A DNA stretch of 63,986 bases, filler included, from Basidiobolus ranarum (GCA_040143965.1; 6 parts of 6 records of this genome joined end to end with filler, not necessarily neighbours in it), one strand, 5' to 3'. Shown: positions 36,492 to 53,100, numbered from the whole stretch's first letter. The notes: generated by a model from the letters alone, not told the origin. Numbers and translations are program-made.

Positions 36492-37709
36492 TTATTTTGC
36501 CAAATTAAGAATATCTGGGACGTTCAATACTCCTTTTACATCGGATTTTTCTAATGCGGAGATGACTGCTTCAGATACAGTTTCTACACGTAAAGGACCA
36601 GTACCTAATTTCTTAACATGTGAAGTGACTAAACCATAATCTAAATTTTCATTCAGATTTTTAGTGACTTGACCGAACAATCCCAAAGCACCAGCGAAAG
36701 GTAAAGTGAAAGGACGAGTATCCGAATACATAAAGCCTAAAGAAGATTAACCAATGATTAAGAATCAATGATGTAGTTTGAATGAATGAAATTTACCTGG
36801 TCGTAATATAATCGATCGAAACTCTTTATGTGATTGAATTTCTGCTTCTGCATCACGTTTAGTAGAAATATATCTTTTATCGATGAATGGGAAAACATCT
36901 GCTGCTGAGATATATGCAAAACATTGGATATTGGGGAATTTCGAAGCTTCATTAGCTACCATAACAGCTAAATACCAAAGAATGTTAAAAGTTATGAAAG
37001 TTTCATAAAAGTGAAATATTTTCATACCTGTATCACGATTCATACGTTCGTAAGTGTTGGTAGTTATCTTTTCAGGTGTGGTATTGGATATGTTGGAACG
37101 TTTAAAAGGGTTGGAGTCTTGTTTTGAACAAGGGAGAAGATTTTTCATCAAAGAGGAGACAGGGTTGGAACTATTGACGACTTCTTTATAGTTATTCTCC
37201 ATTAAGATACCGACCGTATGAACCACACTAGTACACTCTTTTAAAAGTTCTCTATAAGTATCTGGCTGAAGTGAGTCTCCTTGAGCCCAATTTACCTATT
37301 AAGATGAAGTTGGGTTGGTATTGAAGCGAGTAATTATTGATAAAATATTCCTCACTTTATGTACCCATTCGGGTAAAGACCCTTCTTCTTCTTGTTTAAA
37401 CTTTCCGTTACGACTACAAAAGCCCAACCGCCCAATTTAGTAACTGAGAAGTGTAACTCCAAAAGAAAACCTGAAAAATATTAACCTTAAACTAATTACA
37501 TTCCAACCTCTGAGTGCAGCAGAACGACAGATGTTCAAACCTAGTACATTTCATAACGTTGAACTCTAGTTAGTGTACAATAGAATAAATGTGGAATATG
37601 AAGGAAAGTGAGTGATTCAAAGTGATACACTCCCCCTCCCCTCCCCTCTCCCACCTAGAAACCCGGTTCCACCTACTACCAATAATTTCTTGGCGCTCTG
37701 GTTAATCAT
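36492..37709 (-). CDS. COQ11: Atypical SDR / NAD(P)-binding epimerase, Coq11-like
   Basis: MINQSAKKLLVVGGTGFLG|LNICRSA...GWNVISLS|R...W...GD...VVHTVGILME...YERMNRDT...YISAA...RYISTKRDAE...RPG|FMYS. Confidence 0.8.
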
Positions 37710-38164
37710 GCTAGTGGAGTGTATTCCCTGTCAACTTATTCGGAGAGAATTTATCGGGATAATGAGTCAATTCCTTGATTGACAGGATATGGAGGTTCAT
37801 GCTGATTTCAAAGGAAAATTTTTATTAAGATGACGTGTATTGGAGTTAATTCCAGAAGCCTACATAAATAAGAATATTACACCAAAGAAAAATGAAGAAA
37901 CAGATGATTTCAAAAGAATTTTCATGACTTTTTAAGGGTGATGATTAGTTAGCAAAATATCGAGAAAAAAGAAACCGCGGTTTGTACAAGATATCAATGT
38001 ATAAATTAATCACATATTAATGAACATTAGAAGGGAAAAGTGAAAGATCTATGTACAAAGTAAAAAAGTACGGACAGATCCCACTTTCTCCGTATTTTTT
38101 TTTTGGGAAACAACCTCATCGTATCACACATCAAACTCTTGTCTCGCTCCGCGCCTGAAGTGAT

Positions 38165-40456
<2,292 letters not shown>

Positions 40457-41573
40457 AATATTGTCAGAAAGTGTATATTTTAGGATTTGTTAACTCGCAC
40501 GAAAATCACGGCTAGGCATTCTTTATATGCAATACCTAAAAACCCTCGATCCACCAGTAATAAATTAAGATCAAGAAAAAAAAGAAATATCCAAAGTTAC
40601 GCAGAATAAGAATAAGAATTTAGCTGTCCTTGTCCTCACTTGTCAAGTAAATTTAGCTAGCTGCAGCGTTAATGATCAGCTACCATTCGAAGAGTCGAAT
40701 AGAAACCCTTCAACAGATCAGGATCATTCCTGTGCCTTGGAGATTATTCTCTACTGCTAACCACAGATACAAAAAAGTGACATCAACTACTGCGTCACAA
40801 ATCTCCAATCTACGTCACCAAAATGATCCAGATCTCATATTTAATCAACAGTCCTCTTTTTGGTATACGAAGTCTAATCAATTAATCTTCCCGTTTGACT
40901 TATCGATCGCAGATGCTGAAAGGTTGTGGTTTGTGACTCTTAATTGGCTGCTATTCCGTCCTCATCCAATTCCCCATAGAAAAATAAGGCGAATGTGGGA
41001 ACATTGGTACTATCACGTGGGATGATTCTCATTAACTAGCATATATGCGTTCTAGACAACAAACAATTAGGAAAACTTACTGTTGTTTGGGGAATGAATG
41101 CAAAGTAGCCAATAAATGCACCCAGAAGGTTGTTGCCACTAAACATTACCTTCATATCTTATCTGAAAACATTAATAAGTAAGGCGATATGTACGAATTT
41201 CATTTGAGCAGCTCTAAATCTCCCCACACACCTAGTCCGTGTTCCTTACAATTCATGGAGACAATATAACCCATATTTCCGTGATGTTGGGGAGCGGCGT
41301 TATAGCATTAATTTTATTCTTCTACTTGGGCCAACCTTCTGATCCGTGGATATATAGAATTGATCGGAATTACACATCCAATAATGTATATACAATGTTT
41401 AACCCACTTTTAGAACTTCCTATTTACCAATGCCATAACCTTAAGTTGCATCATTAACTGCTTCAGAGCATAAATACAGTATGTACAAATAAAAGTATAT
41501 TACTGCAATTGAATTATCAACTGGAAAGAGAAAATATTAATAGCAGTTGAGAGTTTTTGGAGCTGTCACCTAT

Positions 41574-41900
41574 GTTGAAGTATTTTAGGAGTTTGTTGGA
41601 AGTGGCTTGGAGAATCAGAAGAATTGATGGTTTTCTCTTATTGATTTATTAAGTAGAAAGTTGACATTTATATTTGTGTCAGGATGAGGACAGACAAACA
41701 TATCGAATTACTTAGAAAAGGTTATAGGAGTATGTATGCAAAGTTTGGAGCTTCTAACACAGGCTTGAAAAATCTTCATTTGGAAACTTTCACTTGTTGA
41801 TTTGTTGAGTGGAAAGTTAATATTTATAGTTTTTTGAAGACTTCTTGACTTTGACAAAGATTTCACTTGAAAGATATTTAATTTGTGCTCAGAAATAGGA
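41574..41900 (-). repeat. Partial, rearranged copies of copia LTR family A
   Basis: Reverse-complement matches to LTR-A blocks (AAAGTTTGGAGCTTCTA, AGTAGAAAGTTGACATTT). Confidence 0.7.
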
Positions 41901-41914
41901 TTTTACCATTAAGA

Positions 41915-42346
41915 TGTTAAAGTATTTGGGAGCCTTTTAGAAGTGGTTTGGAGAATTAGAGAAATTAGTGGTTTTCACTTATTGATTTATTGAGTAGAAA
42001 GTTGCCATTTATAGTTTTGTCAAGATGTAACAGACTAATGTGTAGAATGTGTTAAGGAAGGTTCCAGTAACATATGTGAAAAGTTTGGGGCCTCTAGCAC
42101 AAGCTTGAAAAATCTATATGTCTGAGAACTTCTAAGTTGGTAAAAATATTCCCAGTATATTCCAATTAAGAATAATGGATAACATCTTAGTGAGTTAGAA
42201 GATAACTCAGTACTAAGCTATATATGACTATATAGATGTTTAGGCAATGCTAATTTCAACACTCTCCCTCAACTAAATAGTCATATAAACTAATCCTAAT
42301 CAAGGCCTAAATTTCTCAAATTTCTGTTAATCTAATGGTTTGGTTA
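41915..42346 (-). mobile_element. 3' end of a copia family A element (RNaseH end, PPT, 3' LTR)
   Basis: Minus strand reads TKPL..KFEKF (RNaseH end), PPT GAGGGAGAG (42262-42270), then an LTR TGTTGAAATTAGC...TTTAACA (42261 to 41915). Confidence 0.85.
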
Positions 42347-42472
42347 TGTCGGATAATTAATCTTTATTCAACATCATAGTTAACTTTAGTTATGATACAT
42401 ATATCAGAAACAGAAAGCAACATATCTATAGCCTCTATATTCTGAATAGGAATACCTCTATATCTATATAAC
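42347..42472 (+). repeat. 5' part of copia LTR family C, interrupted
   Basis: TGTCGGATAATTAATC...TTCAACATCATAGTTAACTTTAGTTATGATAC matches 61917-62043. Confidence 0.85.
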
Positions 42473-42735
42473 TGTTGAAATTAGCATTGCCTAAACACCT
42501 ATATAGTCATATAGAGCTTAGTACTTAGTTATCTTATAATGCACTAAGATATTATCAATTATTCTCAATTGGAATTTACTTGGAATATTGACACCAACTT
42601 AGAAGTTCTCAGATATATCGATTTTTCAAGCTTGTGCTAGAAGCCCCAAACTTTGCACACATGTTCCTGGGACCTTCCTTAACGTATTCTACATGTTGGT
42701 TTGCTTACATCTTGACAAAACTATATATGTCAACT
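42473..42735 (+). repeat. Copia LTR family A, truncated by gap
   Basis: TGTTGAAATTAGCATTGCC start; collinear with the other A copies. Confidence 0.9.
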
Positions 42736-42835
42736 NNNNNNNNNNNNNNNNNNNNNNNNNNNNNNNNNNNNNNNNNNNNTTAATTAATTAANNNNNNNNN
42801 NNNNNNNNNNNNNNNNNNNNNNNNNNNNNNNNNNN
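42736..42835. other. Artificial contig spacer
   Basis: 44N + TTAATTAATTAA + 44N. Confidence 0.98.
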
Positions 42836-43692
42836 GGTAGGGATCAGCTCGGAAATGATCAAGAATGGGATTGGACCCATACCAAAGGCAAAGGACACAA
42901 CAAATGCAAACAGACCAAGAATTACGAGGCCAGAGTCATTACATTCGATACCAATGATCATGAGCACGTTGAAAGCTGCCATCCCGGCAAGACTAAGGAG
43001 CACCAAGAACTTTCTTCCAACTCGGTCAATCAGAAGAATGGTGACAATTGTGGCAAGTAGGTTGATGGCACCAACACCAACTGTGAGATATTGAGCAGTC
43101 TGGTTACCATAGATTGAGGTGAAGATGGAGGTGGAGTAGTACATGATGCCATTGATACCACAAAGCTGTTGGATGATACATAGGAACATGCATATGAAAG
43201 CATGCTTACGGGTAAGTGAGTCTTGCATGATGAATCGGAAACCATCCATCATCGATGTCTGTTCACCTCCAGCCTTAGCTTGGGCACGAGCATCTACCAT
43301 GGTCTGAAGTTCATTGGTGATATCCATACCCTTACGAAGTTTCAACAAAGATTTCTCAGCATCTTCAATACGATCCTTGGAGACATAGTAGCGAGGAGTT
43401 TCAGTAATGAATGATAGAGTGACTAGTTGAACAATGGCAATCGCTCCGGTGAGAGCCATGCAGACACGCCATCCAGCACGACTAGATAGACCCAATCCAG
43501 CAGCTTGGGTGACCAACTGGCCAATAACACATGTAAGTTGGGTCATAGCACCATATGCACCACGAACCCGGGTAGTGGATACCTCACCAATATAGGTAGG
43601 AAGGACAACAGTCCCGAAGCCTGAACCAATACCGGTGAATAGACGTCCCACGATCCACATCCCCTTGTTCTTAGATAGGCCAATAAGCACTA
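42836..43692 (-). CDS. MFS sugar porter (GLUT-like), 5'-truncated and fused to copia gag; 3' end in gap
   Basis: IVGRLFTGIGSG, PTYIGEVS..RVRG, GWR, TETPRY, QQLCGINGIMYYS, IDRVGRK and GMGPIPFLIISELIPT. No stops and no introns in the visible part. Confidence 0.9.
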
Positions 43693-44531
43693 ATCTTGAA
43701 TCTATGGCAATTATGAGGTTCCCAAACTCATCTGGCAGGCTCCCAAGTACTGTCATGACTAAGTCATCTTAATTTAGAGGTGCTCCAATGGATGAGAGCT
43801 GATCTGTCATAGTTTTTATCCAATTTATATGATAAGCATAGAGTCATCAGAATTCATCTGAATTGAGAATGATTATAGTGTAAGATGTAGCCCATTAGCC
43901 AGACTTTTAATCTCATATGGTCTCTCAAGTGTTCCCAGGCATGTTGGATGATTTTTACTGATTGTATTTGTCTCAATTGAGAGTCACTCACATGTAGACA
44001 AAGTGTAGACAGTGCTTTCCTCTGCTTCTTGTGAAAGGCAAGAAAAGCTTCTGGAAGTCCCTGTGGCTCTATTTCTTCTGCTGAAACAAATCTCCACAGG
44101 TCCTTGTCTTCCAGCACCATTTGCATCTTGAATTTCCAAAGTTGCAAGTCTTCACCATCAAACTTCTCTGTGAAAGCAAAAATGTTGGTCATAGTACTGG
44201 TAGATATTCCTTTAACAGCTAGCTTGGGGCTCATAACCTGAGCAAAGTGCTAAGGCGATTAGGAAGTGTTTTGGACAAGATTTGGATTTGTGAATTAGAC
44301 ACTTCAGTTTTATTGAATTGAATATGTTCTATTTATAATTTACCTTGAAATAGGACTATTGGATTTGTTTAGATCATAAAAAATATTCCTGTTTAATATG
44401 GGTGAAAATTTGACATGTTTTGGTGAAGTTTTGAGAAAATAGTGAAAATTGATTAAATTGATCTAATTAATATTTGTCTCAATTAGAGTAATAAACACAT
44501 GTTTTTGAATAGCAGAAATGAGTGCTTAACA
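43693..44531 (-). mobile_element. Truncated Ty1/copia family B: 5' LTR (44531-44239), PBS, degraded gag
   Basis: LTR TGTT...CA, PBS GGTTATGAGCCC, gag EKFDGEDLQLWKFKMQMVLEDKDLW...LGSLPDEF. Collinear with 50105-50945. Confidence 0.9.
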
Positions 44532-45706
44532 ATCAAAATACGAGTAAACTTGCTACTAAATAACAAGTTGCTATTGGTGTAATTTCAACATTTTTGTTTC
44601 TGAATGTGCCCTGACATTTGGTGCAATGTTGGCTAGCATACAACACCAGCTTTGGCCTACCCTGAATGCTGAGAATCCCATTTGTTAATTTGCAGCTTGA
44701 GTGAGCTATGAGTTTTGGTTTTGTAGCTAATTTGGTTTTATTATGATTGGTGATGGTGCTTCCAGCCTTGCCAAACACCCACATTTGTCTGAAAGCTGTT
44801 GCTTAGCTTATTTAAGGTATATTTTTGTCTTTTTTTGTACATCAAGTTTATCATCCAATTATGCAGATGGTGTAGTTAAACTTTGGTCAAAATTGCAGAC
44901 ACAGATAGATGATACCTATCACTCAGCCCAAAACAGGCTGATCTAGGATCATTTGGATCAGTTTTTGTTGCCCAATTTGGCCTAATCTTTGCCATGTTTG
45001 AAAGCTCTGTTCACTGTTTTGCCAGTTTGCATGTCAAGAATCAATTTTGTTGATATCCAGCATTATTGGTATTGACTTTGATTCCTACAGCTAACTGCTT
45101 TTTATTCTGTTCTGTGATAGTGCATCTAGCCATGCTAAATACAAAATTATGGCCTTAAGCTAATGCTCAGTTTACCATGAGTAAATTCTTGGCTATTTTA
45201 GTACAAATAGAACATCATCCAATTTGGAATAATGTGTGGCTCATTTTGATCTATACTGAGCATAACTGTGCCTTAAAACTGTACCTGGTGCTTAGCCATC
45301 ACCTCAGCAGACTTTTCTTGTTTGGATTTGTTTCAAGCTGGAAAGCCACTCTGTCTTGTTTGACATATGTTAAGAAGCTCCTGAATCAATTTACTACATT
45401 TCTAAGTCTTCTTTAGTGATTACTGATAGGGCAGCCACTAATATATGATCAGCATCAGTATTCACTTGATATCTAAATTTAGCTTTTAAGCAAAAATCCT
45501 TTTTCACCAATCTTGGATTAAATGGCTTGCAATACTGGTGGATAATTGATATTCTGTCAAGTGCACTAATATTGAAGCCTGTGGGAAGTTATAGTGCTCC
45601 AAACTTTGCTGATTCTGCATTATTTTGCAGAGAATTGGATCCTTAATTCCTCATTTAAAGAGCTGGCTCCAACATATTCCATTGTCAATGGGTCTGATGT
45701 TAATTC

Positions 45707-48700
45707 TGTTGAAATTAGCATTGCCTAAGCACCTATATAGTCATATAAAGCTTAGTACTAGGTTATGTTGAGATTTGCTAAAAAATGATTCATCAATCTC
45801 AATTAGAATTTACCTGAATATTTTTACCAAATAAGAAGTTCTTGGTTAAATATTTCTCAAGCTTTGCTGGAAGCCCCAAACTTTGCACACATGTTCCTGG
45901 GACCTTCCTTCACATATTCTACACATTACTTTGTTTACATCTTGACAAAACTATAAATGTCAGCTGACTACATGTTGCAGAGACTGTTCTTAATGAACTC
46001 CACAAATTATCAATAATTCAATAAGTCAAAATCACCAATTTCTCAAATTCTCCAAATGACTTCCTACAGGCTCTCAAGTATTTTAACAGGTTATGATTCT
46101 CCCTCTTCTGAAAAATAGGATAGAACCAATTATCAAGTTTGAAAATTAAAATTAAAATGAAAATGCTGCTGGAAGAAAAAGGACTTTTGTACACTATTGT
46201 AGGAGTAGAAAAATCCAAAACTATCTGAAACCAATGTTTTACTCCAGGTTCAAAAAGAACAAAGTGACTTCAACAATTTATCTTGATGTTATACACAAGG
46301 TGCTGATTCAATATGCAAGAGCTAAACTGCCCAGAAGGTATGGAAAGCCATGGAAGACACCTGCCAAACAAGTTCTACTGCCAACAAGATGATTCTAAGA
46401 AGGCAATACCTTAACTGAAAGATGAAGCCAGGAGAAGACATTAAATCACTAATTGATACAGTCACTATTTGTGTGGATGAATTGGAATGTATTGTAGTAA
46501 CTATAACAGATCAAGATATCATAATTACAGTCCTGAATAGTTACAGAAGAGCCTGCTACAGGAGTATCAGAGCCTAGTAATGGCTCTAGAATCAAGTACT
46601 GAAAATGTGGCCTTACATTATGTATTTGGCAGACTTCTGGATGAGGAAATATACAAATTAGCATCCAACCGAGCAAATAAAAAAATGCTTTAATAGGCTA
46701 TGGGAAACCTTCCCATCAAGGTCAATAGCACTTCAAGAAGAAAAGCTACACATTCTGTGACTACTGTAAAAGAGCTGTCCATTTAAGCAAAGATTGCTTT
46801 AAAAGAATTACAAAGTACAAAAAATGCGCTGAATCTGGAAATGTAGTTACAACTGAAGATCACCTGCTCATCATTGCTCTATCTATTACTACCAGCAAGG
46901 ACTCTCAGATATGATGTACTAATTATGGTGCCTCCCAACATGTCATATATGATTAACATTGGTTTGCGTATTGTCAAGAAATTGTAATTAGAAAGGTTTT
47001 CCTAGCAGATGGCCACACATTAGATGCTATTGGAATGGGAAAAAATCAAATCAATTTAACTGGAGCTTCTGAAGAGAATATTCATGGTTTTAATGAGATA
47101 CTACATGTTCCAGATATTGCCAAGAATTTAATATCTTTATGCATGGGCACCCCAGCATGGCCAAAGTTCAATTTTGATAAGTTAGGATGCACCATCACTG
47201 ATCAAAATGGCAATTATATACCTTTAGATGAAAAGGATCAGAACTTATACAAGATTACATGTATTCCAAAAGATTTATATGTAATTGTAAGTTCCAATCA
47301 AGAAGCTATTTAATTATTGCATAAGAGATTTGGCCACAACAGATTTGATTATTTGCACAAAATGATCAAACATTCTCTAATTTCTGAAATTTAAATTAAC
47401 ATCTTAGCCAAAATGGAAATTTGGGAGGGTTATATAAATGGAAAATAAGCCAGGCAACTGTTCAAGAGGCCTGGTTTAATCAAATTGGTCAAAAATTGGA
47501 ACTAACTCAATCAGATTTGTGCTGACCTACATGAAATTTCTTACTATTTGTAAAAAGATATTTAATCCAATTTATTGATGATTATGCAACACACACTTGG
47601 GTATACTTTATGGAAAGAACAATGAAGCTATTTCTATCTTCAGAGCTTTTGAAACACTTGTGGAGACTAAAACTGAAACTTAAATCAACAAAATACATTC
47701 TGATAATTATGGAGAATGTAATTCAATACTGTTTAAGCACTTCTGCAAAGTTCATGGAGTTAAGCAAGAAACTACTGCCCCAATTCACCTCAACAAAATG
47801 GAGTTGCTGAAAGAGCTAACAGGACCATAATCAAGATGGCAAGATCTGTGATAAAAGCACAAAAAATATCTTACAACTTTTGTGTGGAATTTGTTGCACA
47901 GCTGTATATCCAAAAAATAGGAGCTTTACTATAAGTCTTTCTAACTCTACATTGCATCAAGCTTGATTCGGATATAAACATGATGAAAGCATTTGAGGAT
48001 CTTTGGATGCATTGCTTTTATCCAAATTATGACCAAAAATTGATCTAAATTTGATCCAAAAAGTTACAAATGCAAATCTCTGAATTAATGTACTCAAACT
48101 AATGCCTACAGACTCTATAGTATATACTTCAGGCCAAACAAGAAAAATCCAATTTTATTAGCCATATATTTAGATGACCTTATTATTGCAACCAATAACT
48201 TAACAACTATGAAGAAAGCCAAATCTGCTTATCTGCCAAATTCAAGATGACTGCTCTTTGTGAACTGATATACTATTTTGGAGTCCAGACTAAGATTGAC
48301 AGAGCTATCAAAATAACAACCTTAAGCCAACCTAAGTATATTCTAGATTTACTTAAGAAGTATAAAATTATAAAATGAAATCCAATATCACCTACTACAA
48401 TAGTTCAAAATAATCAAAGCTGAATTAACTTAGCTAAAAATCACATGTTTCAAAATAGAAGCAAATATATGGATATTTAGCTTCACTTCATTGCAGGGTC
48501 TGTAGCAAATAGTTTGTTGACTTAATCTATTTTTATACAAATGATATGATTACCATATTATTAACCACACCATTAGCTAGACCTAAATTTGAGGTATTTG
48601 GACCTTTATGAGGACTACCTTATATGACTATTTTGACAGGGGAGAGTGTTGAAATTGGCATTGCCTAAACATCTATATAGTCATATATAGCTTAGTACCT

Positions 48701-48992
48701 AGCTTTCTTATAATTCACCAACTTTCATCTATTATTCTCAGTTGCAATATACTTCAAGTATTGTTAACCATTTAGAAGTTCTTGGATACATAGATTTTTC
48801 AAACTTGTGCTGGAAGCCCCAAACTTTGCCCACATGTTGCTAGGACCTTCCTTAACACATTTTGCATGTTAGTTTGTTTATATCTTGACAAAGCTATCAA
48901 TGTCAACTTTCTACTCAACAAATCAAAAATTAAAAATCATCAATTTCTCTAATTCTCCAAATCACCTCCAACAAGCTCCCAAATACTTTACA
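45707..48992 (+). mobile_element. Ty1/copia family A element, both LTRs, internally deleted and decayed
   Basis: 5' LTR 45707-46088, PBS GGTTATG, gag, CCHC-like knuckle, protease remnant, integrase (FIDDYA, QQNGVAERANRT), RT remnant (YLDDL), PPT GGGGAGAG and 3' LTR 48647-48992. Flanks are AATTC and GACTC. Confidence 0.92.
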
Positions 48993-49169
48993 GACTCTAG
49001 GGCAATATCAAAGTTTCAAATTTCTCTTGCAGGTTCCCAATTAGTGTCAGGACTTTGTCATCTTCTTTCAAGATGCTCTGAGGAAAAGTACTGATCTGCC
49101 ATAGCTTGGATCCAATATACATGACTAGTCATTGTTGCACCAGAATTAATCTGATTGAGAATAATAATT

Positions 49170-50040
49170 GTCTAAAAGATAATCCATTAGACTTGTTCCA
49201 TTGGACCAGGTAAGATTGTTCCACTGGCTCCAGCCTGCTAACACACTATCTGGTGCATTCTGTTGATTATTGTAGCTAGATCCTATAACAGTTGATTGCA
49301 CAATATGAGCAACAATATGGCATGCTCCCATCACAATTCGACATGATAATTTTTCAAGGATATTGTGCTAGCTTGTACCAAGTTACACAATTTAGTATTG
49401 TCAAATTAATATTGTGGTTTAATGACAATGCAAGTTTATCTCTAGTTTGTAACTTACAATATATTGAGTGTGTAACAACAGATAATTTATGCTGAACTTA
49501 CCCAATCAACTGTATAATCAAGAAAATGAAATGTCATCATGCCAATCATTTGTTTCTGACTCACACATTATCCTGATCTTCAATTGGGCCCAATGGCTCC
49601 TTCATTACAAAACACTAGTAGTTTTGACATACCACTGACAAATTACAGCAGTTGGGGATGTATTAATCAGCAATATGATAGTATCAAACAGGATTGCTTG
49701 ATGCATCATATTTAGATCAGCAAATAGTTCATCAAATCATGTAAGCTTCTAATTGGGTGATAATGTGAACAAATTGAGCCATATCAAGCCAATATGGCTG
49801 AAAAGCTTTTTGTTGACAAACATTTCCAATTTAATTTTTTGTGAAAATGTTTATATTGACAGGCTACCAATGATTTTTTTGATGCATGATGATTTCACAC
49901 TATCAATGTTTCATAAATCCATAAGCTATTTTCATCTAACAAAAGCACTTATGCTATATTTGACTGCTACCTATATCAATTGTGCATGACATTGTGTACA
50001 GTAAAGATAGGATAATGTAAGTATTAACAAGAGCATTCAG
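49170..50040 (+). repeat. Unclassified CpG-depleted repeat, homologous in inverted orientation to ~58520-59187
   Basis: AGACTTGTTCCATTGGACCAGGT..CAGCCTGCTAACA and GATAGGATAATGTAAGTATTAACAA occur reverse-complemented in 58520-59187. Confidence 0.7.
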
Positions 50041-50104
50041 CAGTTTGTTGAGGTTGGGTATATAGCAACTCATTATTTAGTACTAAGTTTGTCCATATTC
50101 TGAT

Positions 50105-53100
50105 TATTTGGTACTCAATTCTGTCATTAAAAGATGTGTGTTCATTGCTCTAATTGATACAAATATTAATTGGATCACTTTTACCAATTTTGACTATGTT
50201 CTCAAATCTTCTCTAAATCACCTTGAAATTTCTCCTGTACTTAACAGGCATGTTTGTTATGATCTAAGCATGTACAATAGTCTTATTTCATAGTAAATTG
50301 TTAATAGAATATGATCAATTCAATAAAACTCAAGTGTCTAATTCACATATCCAAATCTTGTCCAAAACACTTCCAAAACCCCAAAACACTTTTATCAGGT
50401 TATGTGCCCTATGCTAGCTGTTAAAGGAATATCTACAAGTACTATTGTCTATGTTTTTGCTTCTACAGTGAAGTTTGATGGTGAAGACCTTCACCTTTGG
50501 AAGTTTGATATTCAAATGGTACTAGAAGAAGAGGACTTTTAGGGATTTATTACAGGAGAGGAAATAGAACCAAAGGGACCACCAGAAGCTATCCTTGCCT
50601 TTCACAGGAAGCAAATGAAAGCACTCTCTACACTTTGTCTACTTCTCAGAGACTCTCAATTAAGGCATATACCATCAGCCATAAGTATCCAAAATGCTTT
50701 GGAAACACTTGAGGGACTATATGAGACTAAATGTCTGGCTACTAGGCTACATCTTAGATGAAAGCTATTCTCAACTCAGATGAATCCTAATGATTCTTTG
50801 CTTAATTATATAAATTGGATAAAATCTATTGTAGATCAGCTCTCATCCATTAAAGCACCTCTAAATGAAGAAGACTCATTCATCACACTACTTGGGATCC
50901 TGCCAGTAGAGTTTGAGAATCTCACAATTGCCCTAGAATCAAGATACAAGCCATTAACAATGGTATATGTTGGTGCTAGGCTTTTGAATGAGGATTTAAG
51001 AAGAGCTAATTCTCGGCAAAATAAAGCAAAACAGGCCTTTTTTGAGCTGTAAAACATCCAACAGGCTTCAATGATGGTGCCCCTGACAGAAAGTCAATCA
51101 TCTGCAAGTATTGAAAGAAACCAGGCCATTTAAACAAAGATTGCAGAAAAAGGATTTTTGAAAAATTCCTAAAATTGGACCTGGCAAATCAAGTAAGCAC
51201 TGAAAGTGAAAATCTATTTAGGCCTGTACTATCTGTAACCACTAAGAAAGACTCAGAAATGTGGTACATTGATTCAGGAGCCTTGATCATATATCAAACA
51301 AGAAAGATTGGTTTTCCAGCTTAAAACCTATCCAAACAAGAAAATCTACTAAGGAGATGACTATGCACTAGATGCAGTTAGTAAGGGCACAGTTGTGCCC
51401 AATTCAGATTGAAATTCAGCTGTAACATCTGCAACACTGGATGAAGTGCTCTATGTACCAAATACAGCCAAGAATCTACTCTCATTAAGCCAAGCAACAA
51501 CTCAATGACTAAATTTCATGTTTTGCCATGCTGGATGCACTATTACTGCTCAAGATAATTCCAAATTAGCTGCTGCAATTAAAACTCAAGACTTATGCAT
51601 GCTAGAAATCCACAAATTGCATTCTGAGCATGCAAACTTTGCCAAAACCTGTGAAATAAGCTTTCAAATGTGGCATAGAAAATTAAGCCACATTGGGGAA
51701 CAAAAATGTAGCCTAATTACACAAAAACAGCTTGGCTCAGGCTTAGAAATTGAAAATATCACTAAATTGTATCTGTGGGAAGCTTACATTAATTGAATAC
51801 ATCACAGATAAGTGTTTTCAAGCTCTGCAGTGATTTAATCCACTCAATCCTTTGCCCTAATTCACTTTGTCCTATGTAGGCCCATGAAAAAATGTCTGAC
51901 TAGGTGGGAAAAGCTACTTTACGACATTTATTAATGACAAAACAAGATATACTTAGGTATTCTATCTCAAATTAAAGTCTGAAGCCTTAGCTGCATTTGA
52001 GCATAGCAAAACAATTGTAGAGAAAGAATCTGCACAAAAGATAAGGGTACTTGGAGTGAACAATGGTGAAGAATACTGCTCTAAAGACTTTGCTAGTTTT
52101 TGTTCAAATCATTGGAATAAGCCAACAAACTACTGTACCTTATACTCCACAGTAAAATCAGGTTGGCAAATGTTCTCATAGGACAATAGTAGTGATTGAT
52201 AGATCAATGCAGCATGATAAAAAGTTTAAGTACCAATATTGGGCTGAATCAGTCTCCACTGCACTCTCTATCAAAAGCAGACGCCAAACATGATTGCTAC
52301 AAAATTCTACTCCATACAAAGCCCTGTATGAATGAAAACCAAGTGTGGAACATCTCAGGATCTTTGGTTGCACAGCATAATGCCTAATTCCAGCTCAAAA
52401 ATGCTCTAAATTGCAATCCAAAAACAGAGAATGCTTATTTCTTGGTTACTGTTATGGACCCAAGGCCTATAGACTGCTGAATACCAAGAATCAGAAGTAA
52501 TTAAGTGCAGAGATATGATTTTGATGAAAAAGCAAGTGTTTCACCTCAAATCACTGCTCTTGAACCAGAAAACACAATGAGCTCTATTCAGTAAGTGTTT
52601 GACAAAAATCCAGCTGTATCCAAGCCCTATTCTACCAAAATTCCAGTCTGAAGTAAATATGAGGCTAATTCAAGACCCAGATGTTCATCTGGATGAAGAT
52701 ATAAGCCAGGAAAATAGTGGAACACTTACAATGCTGATGTATATGCTTATACAGCATTCTGTGACAAGCCACAGACTCATGATCAAGCTCTGGAGTGTCA
52801 AGAAACAAAGTTATTGGAAAAAGCAATTTTTGATGAGTTTTCTTCACTTCAGGGCAATAAAACATGGGTTTCTAGTCCTCTACCATCAGAGGGGAAGCTA
52901 GAAGGTTGCAAATGGGTCTACAAAGTCAAAATCTGAGCTCATGGAACCACAGGAAAGTCAAGAGCAAAATTAGTTGCAAAAGGTTTTACCAGACCCAAGG
53001 AGTTGATGTTAATGAAACATTTGGTCCAGTAGCTAAGTTTAGCTCCATTGGAGCAATCCTGGCACTCTCAGCTATCCATAACCTTGATTTAAAACAAATG

